From Camelus dromedarius (taxonomy: Eukaryota), in the NCBI RefSeq assembly GCF_036321535.1, contig NC_087472.1, forward strand, positions 97,838,001-97,902,000: a DNA stretch of 64,000 bases, given 5' to 3'. Shown piece after piece: positions 51,382 to 64,000 of this stretch; the stretch's first letter is position 1; the number at the start of each line of letters is the position of its first letter. The position numbers and the translations under genes were made by a program. The notes below the pieces were generated by a model. It worked only from the letters and a program-made list of their open reading frames with translations. It made no database searches and was not told where the DNA came from.

Positions 51382-51400
51382 GCTCCACTAGATGGCGCCA
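51382..51400 (+). promoter_or_regulatory. Candidate CTCF binding site
   Basis: GCTCCACTAGATGGCGCCA; the core CCACTAGATGGCGC (51385-51398) fits the CTCF consensus CCACYAGRKGGCRC and lies in non-repeat DNA. Confidence 0.7.
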
Positions 51401-54400
51401 TAAAAGACCACAGATAGGTTTATGTACACCATTCTCCATAGTTCCGCTTACTAGAGCAGAGCTGATAAAATGGTCCGTCTTTCTTTTGTGACTTCTTCCC
51501 CTACTGCCTGTGTTCATAAACCTATAAACTCACAGAACTCAATATCCGAAGTCACTTTAACTCTTGAGTCTTTGGGCAACACAAAGCAATAAACAAGGCA
51601 TGAATTTTGCAGATGCAGTGAAACCCAGCCCAACCCATACAGAGGACAGAAAATATTTACTTTAAAGAGATTATTGTGCAAGTAGGAAAAGGTATCTGCA
51701 GAAAGCTGTTTACTGAGGTAGTCTATAATAAGAAGAAATGAAAGCAAAACAGTCATAAATGAAGGAACAGTTTATATATGGTACAACCATACAATGGAGT
51801 ACTGTGTGGTTGCTAAAAGCCATGCTGTCGATCTGTATTTGTGGAATGAGATGACATTCATGAAATAGAGATGAATGAAAGGGGCCAATAATAAAATAAT
51901 GTGCAAAGAGATCCCACATAAGTAAAATTGAATACACAGAATGTGTTTCTATATATGTGCAAAGAGACATCTTACGGGAGCCAAAATGATAACTAATTAT
52001 CTTCGGATGCAATTTCCTGTGGCCATTATTCCTTTATTTTCCCTTTTTAGTATTGAGCTCTTCTGTAATGAGTATGTAATATTTTTATTAAAATAATAAA
52101 AACTATATAATAAAGATATATAAAAATAAATAGAGTACAACAGTGTAGTTCAAACCAACCAACTAGGTACGCCTATAGCAATACGTACGTATCTTAAAAG
52201 CACAGTGCTAAGAATAAAAGAAGTCAACTAAATAAAATATATAATAAGAAAAGATCAATTATATATATTAAAATATGTGCACATAATGCAATTTTATAAG
52301 ACCATACTTAAAAGATACATATTAGCCATTTTTAAATGGTTGCTTCTGGTGAGGACTGACGGCATGAGAGAGTCAACTGAGGGGAAAAGAAATACTGATG
52401 AATTAATTGCCTGAACCGATGCTGATAACTTTCCCCATACTATTACTCAACCCCTACACCTGAGGCCCCAAAATGTAGACACAAATTTAAGAACAAGAAA
52501 CATTTCAACATATAAGCATATGTATAAAAATGGACAGTTTATTGGCTATTTTCAAAGAAACTATGGCCTGTAGATTGTAGAACCTAAGGGGTCTTAAGAC
52601 CCGCAGACATATCATCTTGGACATGTAACTTAACCTTACTAAAGCCCCATTTGTTTATCTATTAAATAAGGAAAATCTCTTTCTCAGGTGTTACTAAGAT
52701 TTGTGATGTCATTCTCAAAAATAATCATTGTGACTGGCATTTCAGCTCTGGCAAGTCAAGAGCTTAGAACTCTCATCCATACAACAAGAAAAAGCTGGAC
52801 ACACTACAAATCAATGACTTGTCTGGGACCTGTCAGAGAACTGAGTTTCCAAGGGAAACCATCACAATGAAATCTGGAGAGACAGGCAAATCAAGGGTCA
52901 CAGCCACAACCTGCTTACCTGAAATAGAAGCCACTGGAACCATCAACTGGTTAGAACACTTAAATAATTTCATTGACTTTATCTCCAGGATCCCCACTAG
53001 GATCTCAAGATGAAGAGCAAGAAAGATCCCTTCATGGCTCAGGAAGGGAGAAGAGTAAAATAATTTCGGTAAAATATGTTCAGAGCTTTCTGCATAACAA
53101 AGGCCTAGGCTTCATGGAAAAAGACTTCACCAAAGTCTTGTCCCAGATCTTCTCCCTAGACCCCCTCCAGCATTCCTATCTCACATAATTGGGAGCGGGG
53201 AAGCTATACAAGAAAAAATACTTGTGATGATCACCAGTCAGTCACAGTTTCCCTCAAAGACTGAGATTTCATTAGGAGATTATAAAATGCTTCACCTCCC
53301 CCACATCAAGGTATGGCATCCCCATTCCAACAGGGCTGCAGCAGAATACAGTAGATTGCAGCTCACAGAGCAGAAAGACACATCTTCTCTGAGAAGTACT
53401 TAGGGAAGCCCAGAGTCCACAATGAAGACAAACAAGGACACTAGAGGACTTTGAAGCCTCTGGCACCTACAGCCACAGCAAACATAAAACAAAGCCCAGC
53501 TTCTAGCCAGATTAACATAAATCCTCACACCAGAGGTGTTTTGTCCTCAGTTCCTATTACCCAATACAACATCTCCAACTCTGAATTTTAAAAATACAAG
53601 CCATGCTAGTAAACCTGTCTGAAGAGACAAAGTAAGCAGAGAACTGGATTCAGATGCACCATGGATGGACTTACCTGGCAGGGTATTTACAATAGCTGTA
53701 ACTAATATAACAAGGGCGCTAATGGAAAGAAGAGACAACACGCAAGAATATATGAGTCATATAAAAAGAGATGTGGAAAGAATCAACAGGAAATGCTGGA
53801 AATCAGAACCACTGCAAAAGAAATGAATGATGCCTTCAATACTTATCAGGGAACAGAGACTCAGTACTGTGGAGGAATCAGTGACCTTGAAGGTAACTCA
53901 GTAGAAAATTCAGAAATTGAAATGCAAAGAGAAAAAATAAGCTTAACAAAATGACAAACATCCAAGAACTGCGGGAAGATTTCAAAAGATATCACAGGTT
54001 TGTAACTGGAATACCAAAAGGAGAAGAAAGTGAACAGAGCCAAATAAATTTTTAAAGGAATAATGGCTGAGAACTTTCCAAAATTAATGACAAACAGCAG
54101 ACCACATCCAGGAAGCTCAGAGAATGGCAAGCAGGAGAACTGCACGCACGCACGCGCACACACACACACTGCTGGGCATATCATTCCAACTGCGGAAAAC
54201 CAAAGACAAAGAGAAAACCTAGAAAAAAACTAGAGAATAAAAACACCAGTAGAGAAGCAAAAACATAAATCACATCTGATTTCTCATCGGAATCCATGAA
54301 AATAAGGAGAGAATAGAGTGAAATATTTAAACTGTTGAAAGAAAAGAATCACCAACCTGGTATTATATATCCAGGGGAATTATCCTTCAAAAATGGAGAA

Positions 54401-54538
54401 ATAAAGGCTTTCTTAGACAAACAACAAGTAAAAGAATTCATCCCTAAAAGACCTGTCCTGTAAGAAATATTAAAAGATTTTCTACAGGCAGAAGGAAAAT
54501 TATTTAAGTCACAAGCTTAGCTCTATATAAAGAAAGAG

Positions 54539-54717
54539 AATAGATAAACAGGTTTATACTGTATAGCACAGGGAACTATATTCGATATCTTGTAGTAGCT
54601 TACAGTGAAAAAGAATATGAAAACAAATAGATGTATATTTATGTACAACTAAAGCATTGTGCTGTACACCAGAAATTGACACAACAATGTAAACTGACTA
54701 TACATCAATAAAAAAAA
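54539..54717 (+). mobile_element. Short young L1 3'UTR insertion nested in the ancient L1
   Basis: tatagcacagggaactatatt...tacatcaataaaaaaaa; TSD AAAGAAAGAG at 54529-54538 and 54718-54727. Confidence 0.88.
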
Positions 54718-54941
54718 AAAGAAAGAGCATCAGAGAAGGAATAAATGAAGCTAAAATATTTTTTAATTGATCTAATATATACCTGCCTGTTTAAAGTGGT
54801 AATAGTAACAATGCATTGATAACATATGGATAAACAATGTCCCAAAGGATAGGAGGGAAGAATTGGGAATACACTGTCATAAGGTACCCGTACTACACAT
54901 GAAATGCAATAGTGCTGTCTGAAGGTGGACTTACATTAGTT

Positions 54942-55244
54942 AAAATGAAGTTACTTACAAAACAGAAACAGACTCATAGACATAGAAAACAAACTTATGG
55001 TTACCAGGGGGGAATGAGAGTGGGGAGGGATAAATTGGGAGTTGGGGATTTGCACATAATAACTACTATATATAAAATAGGTAAACAACAAGGTCCTACT
55101 GTATAGCACAGGGAACTATATTCAGTATCTTGTAATAACCTGTATTGAAAAAGAATATGAAAAGGAATATATATGTATAAATAAATCAGTATGCGGTACA
55201 CCAGAAATTAACACATTGTAAATCGACTATACTTCAATTAAAAA
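54942..55244 (+). mobile_element. Second young L1 3'UTR insertion nested in the ancient L1
   Basis: caaaacagaaacagactcatagacatagaaaacaaacttatggttacc...gactatacttcaattaaaaa; no clear TSD. Confidence 0.88.
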
Positions 55245-56449
55245 GTTTTTTTTTAAAGAACAAAAACTTTAAGGCAACCACGAAAAAGTTTTTTTCAAGT
55301 ATCAATTGCTACACTAACAGAAGAGACAGAAACTGAATTCTATAAAATGCTCAATTAAAACCAGAAAAGGGAAGAACAAGAAACCTCTGGTAATAAGCAA
55401 AAAACAGTTGCAAACATACATAGTATTAACCCAAATATACTAAAAATTACTTAAATGTGAATGGTCTAAACACAACAATTAAAAGAGATTGCCATACTAG
55501 AAACAAAGTAAGACCCAATTATGTATCGTCTATAAGAAAACCACTTTCTAAAAATAGACTGAAAGGATAAAGGTAAAGGGATAGAGAAAGACGTACCACG
55601 CTACCACTAATTTAAAAAAAAAAGTTGGAGTAGCTTTGTTCATTTCAGATGAAGAAAATTTCAGAACAAGAGAAAATATCAGGGATAAAAAGAGGAACTA
55701 CATAACGATAAAAGGATTAATTCCCTAAGAAGATGTATCATTCCTAAATATGTGTGCACCTAACAATAAAACATCAAAATACACGAAACAAAACCTGATA
55801 GAACTGGAAGTATAAAGCGAGAAATCCACTACTATAGTTGGCCACTTCAGCCCCTGCCACCCACCATCAGTAACTGCTAGATCAAGTAGGCAGAAAAACC
55901 AGTAAGGATATAGCTGAGTCGAATGGTACTGTCAATCAACATAATCTAATTGACAGCTATAGAAGACTCTATCCAACAACGGCAAAATACACATTCTTCT
56001 CAAGCTTGCATGGAACATTCACCAAGATAGACCTCATTCTGGGCCACATAACCTACTTTAACAAATTTAAAAGAATAAGTCATACAAAGTATGTTCTCAG
56101 ACCACAATGAAATTAAACTAGAAATCAGTAACAGAAAGATAGCTGGAAAAATTGTCACATATTTGGAAGTTAAACAGCATACTTCTGAGTATCACATGGA
56201 TCACAAGAGTCTCAAGAGAAATTGTAAAATATTTATAACTAAAGTAAAATTAAAGTACAACTTAGCAAAATTTGTGGGATGTGGCAAAAACAGGGCTTCA
56301 AAGGAAGTTTATACCTTTACATGCATATATTAGAAAAGAAAAAAGACCCAAAATCAATAACCTAAGCTTCCACCCTGGGAAACTAGAGATGTAAGAGCAA
56401 TTTATGCCTACAGCAAGTAGAAGACAACAAGTAATAAAAATTAGAGCAG

Positions 56450-56591
56450 GGGGAGGGTATACCTCAGTGGTAGAGCAGGTGCCTAGCATGCACAAGGTCC
56501 TGGGTTGAAATCCCCAGTACCTCCATTCAAATAAATTAATTAAATTTAAAAATCTAATTACCTTCCCCACCCCTCAAAAAAAAAGACATTA
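56450..56591 (+). mobile_element. tRNA-Ala-derived SINE (camelid Vic-1-like) nested in L1 ORF2
   Basis: GGGGAGGGTATACCTCAGTGGTAGAGCAGGTGCCTAGCATGCACAAGGTCCTGGGTTGAAATCCCCAGTACCTCCA carries A/B-box remnants, followed by an AT-rich tail. Perfect 14-bp TSD AAAAATTAGAGCAG at 56436-56449 and 56592-56605. Confidence 0.92.
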
Positions 56592-59500
56592 AAAAATTAG
56601 AGCAGAAGTCAATGAAATTGAAAATAGGAAAACAGATAAAAATCAACAAAACTAAAAGCTGGTTCTTCGAAAAAAATTTTTAAACTGATAACCCCCTGGC
56701 CAAACTGACCAAGAAAAAAAGAGAGAAGACACAAGTTACCAGTATTAGGAATCTACAGACATAAAAGGAAATTTAGGAATACTGTGAACAACTCTATGTC
56801 CACAAATTTAATGATTTAGATTAAATGAACCAATTCCTTGAAACATACAAACTACCAAAACTCAAACAAGGAGAAATAGATATAAGGCTATTTAGATTCA
56901 CCATTAAAGCAAGTGAATGAATAAAATAACCTTCCAAAAAAGAAATCACTAAGCCCAAATGGTTTCACTGGTAATTCTACCCAACATTTGAGGAAGAAAT
57001 TATACCAGTATTTCCCAATCTCTCCTAGAAAGCAGAGGGAACACTTCCTAACTCATTCTATGAGGCCATCATTACCCTTGTAACAAAACAAGATGACATT
57101 ACAAGAAAACTACGAACCAGTATCTCTCATTAACATACCTGCAAAAATCCTCAACAAACTATTAGTGAATGAAATCCAAAAATAACTATGCACTGCATTC
57201 AAGTGTGATTTATGCCAGATGTGCAAGGCTGGTTCAATATTCAAAAGAAATCAACCTAACCCATTACATGAGCCTGGTGTATTTCATAGTGCCAACATAT
57301 TAAAAAGTGCTCAAAAACAAAAACAAACTCCACACAGTCCCAACAACGAACTAAAACAATCTGAGCAAAAAAATAAAGTAGTCCTTGATTTATAACCCCA
57401 ATTGTAATAGAAATATCTATGAATCTACACTGATATGAATAAATGATTTAATAAATAAATGGGGAATAATATACCGAGGAGAAGAGTTCCAAATAGTTTA
57501 TGTAGATACACTGCCCTTAAGGAAGTGGACGATAACTCCTCACTCTTTAAGTGTGTTACTCATGATGACTTTCTTCCAAAGAGGATAACATGGAAAGAGG
57601 GAGAAAAGGGTACCTTTACAATGGAGAAAGCTGACTGTCACTCCCTTAGCCAGGTGGTCAACGTCACCATTAGCAGTGATCAGTCACATTGAGAGTATGT
57701 ACTTGCGACATAATGTGATGAAAACGGCACTTCACCTCTGTGATCTTCCATCCAAAACCACATTAACCCATTATAATCATGATAAAAATATCAAAGAAAC
57801 TCAAATTGAGGGACAGTCTCCAAAATACCTGACCAATAACCCTAAACATTGGCAAGGTCACCAAAAATAAGGAAAGTCTGAAAAACCCTGACAACCTAGA
57901 GGAGGCTAAGGAGAGACATAGCAAGTAAACGTAATGTGCTATCCTGGAAGGGATCCTGGAACAGAAGATGGACATTAGAGAAAAACTGAGGGAATCCGAA
58001 TAAAATGTTGGAATTCAGTTAATCATCATATATTAATGGTTTATTAATGGACAATGTACCGTATTAGTGTAAGATGTTAGCAGGTAAAACTGGATTTGGA
58101 TATGTGAGAACTCTCTGCCATCTTTAATCTCTATCTTTGCAATAATTCTGTAAATCTGAAACGGCTCTAAAATTAAAAGTTTACCTTAAAAATGACCACT
58201 GCAGTTTTAAAATTACCATAGCATGCCAAAAGACTTTTCAGGGTGAGCAACACAGGCAGAACCATTTGTCCTGGTCCCCTCTCCTAATGTCCATGTACAC
58301 AGACACATTTGCCCAGCTGAGCAATTTGTGTATCAGCCCCACATTAATAGACACCGCTTCACCAGCTGTTTCAATTTCTAAGAAAACAGATCAGTTCAAC
58401 TTGTAGACATCCCAGACAGGCTCCACACTCACACCTGTGCATACACACACGTGCTGCACTTGTATCTGCCAGATTGACAGATGATTAAGTGATCATTATC
58501 CGGTTATGAAAAATTAAAATAGAAGGATAAAAGGCAAAACCTGACTATTCTGTTCTACCTTTGAATTGTACTGCTTTGGGCCAACCACTGTTGCAGCACA
58601 CCTCGGTTCGCGCTCTTTCCTTTCCCTGCGATTCCTACTAGGCTGCTTACTGATGAACAGACTGGCCCAAGCAAGGGAGAGACAAGAGAAGCCTCAGGAG
58701 AGGGAAAATCCAGAACCTGAGTCCAAGCCCCGAAATAATTAGCTATAGAGGCTCCACTGCCTTTCTGTCGTCTGACTGTTAAGTGAGAATCCTGTTCTTC
58801 ATCACAAATTTCCTTCTGTCTTGGCTTCGCGTTTTACAAACGACTGGCACTTTTAAACTATGAGAATGGTTTACCTTTCTGGCTGAACAGTCTCTCAAAA
58901 ATCATTTTATTAGGGGGAAAAAACAGGGCCAGCAGCTCAGTGAGTTCTCTCTTGGCAGCATATCTTTTTATTTTTGAATTTCATTGTGACTTGTTTGCTT
59001 GTCCCTCTGCCACCGTCTAGTCTAACATCCTAATAACAGCCTGTAACTTGTAATTTGGATTTTCAAAGCTGTATTTTTCAGGCATGTTCTTTCTGTCCAA
59101 ATCAAAGACACCATTTCAGTGTCAGACGGAGGGACAATGAGAGAAAACATGAGCAGGCAGGTGCATATACACACATTCACACGCGTGCACACACACGCAC
59201 ACGCACACAATTTCCAGTCAAAGTCTTGCCTGAGTTCTAGCTCAAATATTTTTTGTTTTTCTCTTTCCTCTGTTTCTGAGCATCTAGCTTCCTGGGCTAT
59301 AAAGGAAGTTTGGGGTTTGGGTTATTTTTATTATTCAATGACCTTAAGTAGAGTTCCGACCATTATATTTTCAAATCAATATTGAAGATTCTCCTATCAA
59401 AGATACAGAGATTTTTGCAAATAAAAGCATTCTGACCTTCAAGAACATTTAATTTAAGCACACAAGCATCTTGTATTATTGCTTGAGTCTTTATATTTTG

Positions 59501-60670
59501 AACTTTCTTCATCTGTTCTGTGCTCTGTGTCAATAGTGATTAAGTTAGTAAAACTTACTGTGCTCAGACTGTCTTCCAATATGAGGAAGAATTTTTTTTA
59601 CATATCTCCACCCAGTTACTTCTTCCCACAAATGTTCCCGCCTCTTAAATAGAAATATTGTTTACAGACACCTCCAAGGGAAATTTAGTGTATCTTTTCA
59701 ACTGCTGAAATTCTAGAGCTGTAAGTGACTAAAAATAATTAGCCCAACACTTCATTTTAAATATAAATAATAATTTGTAAAAACAAGAAGCTATCATTAT
59801 TAGCAAACACATGCCATGGTATAGCTTATCTTATTCTTTAAGTTTGTGACTCTGCTCAAATTTAGATACTTACACGAGGCAACATAATCGATAAGATTCC
59901 TACTAACAATGGAGTTATACTATTTTTAATACATGATTATGTACCAAGAAGTGACAATTAGCAAATTAAACAATTGTGCTGTTATAAGAATTAAATAGCC
60001 TAATTTAGTTGTTCCATTAATTTTTACCTTAATTTCTAGCTGTTGCTAGTGACTAGAAAGTAAAGTTATTTGGTTATCACAAATATACTTAAATTTACAT
60101 TCCACAAGTTTCACTCATCATAAACTATATTCTTTAGGTGAATATATATACACATTTTTATCTTACCTTGATCCAAAAAGGACTTCAAGCCATTTACAGA
60201 CGTTCCTGTAATGTAGCAAAATAAAATCCCATTAAAATTTTAAAAACATATGAACCAAAAGATAACTCATCACAGGAAACTAATACAAAGCAATTAATAA
60301 GGTTGGAACACATTGGTGTTCATGCCAAAGGTAGCCCAATACTTTTGGATCTAAGCTTGCCAACTACCAATAGGAATATAGATCCAATTTCAAGTTTTAT
60401 AGAACGTATGAAGAAAAAATAAACTAGTTGCTCATGAAAAGCACTACTGCTGAGACCAGAGGACAAAATATCTCCCAGTACTGTCTCAGAAAGATCAGAG
60501 TTTAATTCTATTCACAGAAATATCTATATGATAGTCAGTGAAAAGTTTCACAGAGCTTTGATTTTTTTTAAACAAATTAATACTAGCTAGGATTCTATTA
60601 GGTTGACTATATAATTGATTCCGGTACTCAGTTCTCTGGGTTGTCAATTAGTACACTTCAGAGTTTCTAG

Positions 60671-60872
60671 CAGTGGTACCTAACCAGGGGTGGTAGGGCT
60701 TTGGAAGCATGGGACGGCAACTGTTAGTTCTCATGATGATGGGAGGTGGGCATCATTGACATTTGGTGAGCAAGGTTTGGGGATTTTAACATACTACAAT
60801 GCATAGGAAAGTCACACACAATAAAGAATTCTAATGTCCCAAATGACAACTGCAGCCTCACTGAGAATTACT
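60671..60872. mobile_element. MER20-like hAT MITE
   Basis: cagtggtacctaaccagggg...acatactacaatgcatagga...acaataaagaatt...cactgagaattact. Confidence 0.7.
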
Positions 60873-61418
60873 AAGAGAAATGAACGGATTTCATGTTTTT
60901 CAAATAATCCCCCTACAGATACTGTTTCTCTTGGACAAGCTATTAAAAGGTATTGCCTGGCATTGAACTCAAAATTATTCTACCTGGCAAGTATTCAAAA
61001 CATTTTTTAAGCTAATACCTCTGACCATGGCATAAAGTCTTACTTAAATAACAATTTTCCTATGGATGGGTATTTATCCATAAAGAGGCAAGACAATAAA
61101 ATAGATTTGTTTCTCTTTCCTCTTACAGTAGCCACAAGTCAATGACTGAGAATAGCCATCATGCCATCTGTACTATGTACATATTATATATATTTTGCAT
61201 ATGCATATGGGGTTCATACATGAGTAATAGTTCTTTCTGATTCTTGGATAAACCTGGAACTGGTATTTTCATACATGACTTTCTTCATTAGTCTAACACC
61301 AAAACCTGGTATAATGACTCTGGCCTTATCTTTCAACCCATACCAAGTTCGTTCATAAAAGATCTCTTCATTTCAAATTCCTCAACACCAGGCGGGGCAC
61401 TCTCATTTGTTTCTATAG

Positions 61419-61423
<5 letters not shown>

Positions 61424-61495
<72 letters not shown>

Positions 61496-61515
61496 TTATT
61501 ATTACTACTACTACT
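61424..61515. repeat. Compound trinucleotide microsatellite (TAT)n(TAC)n(TAT)n(TAC)n
   Basis: Read directly. Confidence 0.97.
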
Positions 61516-64000
61516 GGCTTTAAAATGTTATTTACTACATTATCAAAACATTTCTTCTGTCTTCAATATGGGGTCTATATCAAAATAGGATATTTTGATG
61601 AATAAATCATTATGTTCTTCATTCCAAGAAATTGCTTTTTTTTTTTTTTTTTTTAATTATCACTCCCCACACCCAACCCAGTGGCCAACCCATCATGGCC
61701 ACTGAAGCTTTGCGGGGATATAACACAGACAAATGCAGAGAATTCAGTCAAATTTTTGGTTTTCAAACTCATGACAGAGAAATCATTTCAAAATTCAAAA
61801 TGTTTGATAAGCAAGAGCTAGGAATTTTGGAATTCAAAAGGCAAACCTAGAAGAAACAAGATGCAAAGTTTATGCCTGAATCGAAAGAGAATGGAGAAAA
61901 AGCCAGATTATTTATTCCAAGGATAAAACAAAGGCTGCCAGGGCAAAGGCGGGAAGAAAGAAACATTACCCAGGAGGAAGGCTGGTTGGAAAGTGGGTAA
62001 AAGGACTAGACTTCACGTAACCACAAAGAAAGGAGCTGAATCAGCACTTGAGAAATAGCATGGCCTCTGCTCAAGCAAGAGCCACCCATTACAAGAACCA
62101 GGGAGCCATAAGGAAGCTAAGCCAGTCCCCAAAACTGTCCAAGAAAGGCACAAGGGAATCCCCCACTTCACCACTGCACCCAGGAGTTCTAATGATCCCA
62201 CTGGATGCCAAGCAGCAAGGACCTCCCATTAACAGCAGCCTGTACACCATTCATTGATGAGCAAGAACTAGATAATGCCTGTATCCCAAGAACTGTTTTT
62301 GGACCCATCCACATGGACAACTGTCCTATCAAGAACTTAGTTGAATCATCACCCTCCCAGCAAAGGGGGGCTTTGGACAACCAGAGGCAAAATGGCGACA
62401 TAAAAATGAGAGAACACAACACTTAAGTTTGCATGGAATTCAATCCAGCCTGAGATCTTTGTTGGGCCCTGCTTTACAATATCCCACAGTTCTGCTGCTA
62501 CTACTGTCATATGTACAACTTACCTGAGTGCCTATTACCTTAATACTACTACGTATAAGATCAGAAGATTTCAACATGCTTAGAAGTACAGTGTTAAGAC
62601 ATATAAAAACGGAGTTGTTCTGTGGAAGTAGGGCCAGAGGGGCTTCAGAGCCCTTGTTGTTGGGCCTCTTACCACAACCACCCTCACTGCCAGCTCAAGT
62701 GACCCCTGTTATCTTCCTATGAAAACATACTTTGTAAAATATTCTTCTAGAATTTTCTGGGGAGGATTTGGTTTTGTCTCATAATGGACAATGATGCTTC
62801 CTAAATGTAAGGCTGCATTCCCACTGCATCAGAATCATCTGGAAAGTATTTGTTTATGTCTTTATTGCCCCTACTCTGGAGAGTGTGACCCACAGATCTG
62901 AGATAGGGTAGAGAAATCTGTTTTGAACAAGCTTCCCAGGTGACACAGACATTCAGATGGGTTTCCAGCCAGCTCAGATAAAGCTCACAGGTGGTGCTAT
63001 TAAAATCCCTCAAAGACTCAAATAGCACCAACGCCTCATTGACCTTCTCTGGAGATGCTGACTTAATGCTTTATCTGATCAACTCCCAAGTGACTCTTCA
63101 GCCTCCTTGTTGTGATTTATCTGGAAGCTAAGTTTTCAACTAAGGAGCAGACATGATTCCATGTCGTCCTCTACCTATATTTTCAAATTGACTCCACGGT
63201 ATGTTTCTATCTCATTTTTCATTTCAGTCTGCAGGCAATATACATTTATGTTGCACTGGAACAAAAGGCTTTTTCCTGTATCTGTCCCTACATCATCAGT
63301 ATCCATTGAAGTTTTTGTGAGAGTGAAGATTAGTACAAGGAAGTTTTGTAAATGAAATAATGCTGACGAGCTTCTCTGAAGCCTCCTTTTAATGTGTTTT
63401 TTTTTTTTTCAAAGAGGTTATGGTTTGAAGCAGGCTTCGAAGTAAATGAACCCATTAATCAGGCACTAAAACGCTGCTACAGCAGTTTAAAACTATATCA
63501 ATGAAAGTGTATTCTGGAAACCTTTTGCCAAAACTGTCCAGCTTGATTGATTGTTTTATATATACGTATATCTTTTGTTCCCATAGTGCTGCTGTGTTCC
63601 TGAGTATAGGCAATATTTAATGTTCATAGGGCAGAAGAAGAAAAGTAACACATCCACAAATATCCAGTCTTTATATGAATGCTCATATGGTAAACCAAGT
63701 ATTCCACAGTGAAAGGAGATGCATTTAGGCTGCACACACCTCAACCACAATAGCAAAGCAAGTGAAGATTGTCTTTGGCCACTGCTTTTGCTTCTTATTA
63801 CCCCATCAATCTTTTCCTGCCCCATGGTTCACAACTACCCATCCCAACAAAGGCAATCTCCTGAGTTCAGCATCCTTGCCTTCTAGAAGCTTTCTCCAAC
63901 CACCTTATCTAAGAGGGCAACCCCCTTCCCTAACACTGTAGCACTGTCAGTTCTGACAATCTGTTCCATCTTCTTCACAGCACTAATCACCTTTTGTTTA

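Larger units (their letters stand above)
52730..58192 (+). mobile_element. Ancient LINE-1 (L1MC/L1MD-type): 5'UTR, decayed ORF1, ORF2 endonuclease to start of RT, deletion, long 3'UTR
   Basis: ORF1-like region at about 53.7-54.5 kb. ORF2 endonuclease motifs (ttaaatgtgaatggtctaaa; FSDHNEIKLEI in ORF 56091) and aactcattctatgaggcc (NSFYEA). The 3'UTR ends ctgtaaatctgaaacggctctaaaattaaaagttt. Confidence 0.85.

Noticed and set aside
56450..56525. tRNA-Ala gene (also 45880-45953)
   Set aside because: Mutated stems and boxes, an AT-rich tail and flanking TSDs mark both as SINE copies, not tRNA genes.
62518..62526. Perfect minus-strand donor CAG|GTAAGT
   Set aside because: The upstream sequence gives no convincing coding exon; treated as an isolated motif.

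Overview
Mammalian non-coding genomic DNA, probably camelid. That taxon call is an inference from two short tRNA-Ala-derived SINEs resembling the camelid Vic-1 family. The window is AT-rich, CpG-depleted and densely covered by decayed interspersed repeats: young and old LINE-1, L2, MIR, MaLR/ERVL solo LTRs and hAT MITEs. Several insertions are nested and keep readable target-site duplications (TSDs). I recognise no intact protein-coding gene, RNA gene, CRISPR array or prokaryote-like system. Every ORF with recognisable protein similarity is a broken L1 ORF1/ORF2 remnant. The strong + strand bias of the L1 copies, plus a few well-formed minus-strand splice-site pairs (best at 27845-27950 and 6452-6507), suggests the window lies in the introns of an unidentified minus-strand transcription unit. 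The clearest regulatory signal is a near-consensus CTCF site next to a perfect STAT/GAS palindrome at about 51.35-51.40 kb. I found no convincing novel biological system. Repeat subfamily names come from recalled consensus sequences, and most boundaries without a TSD are approximate.
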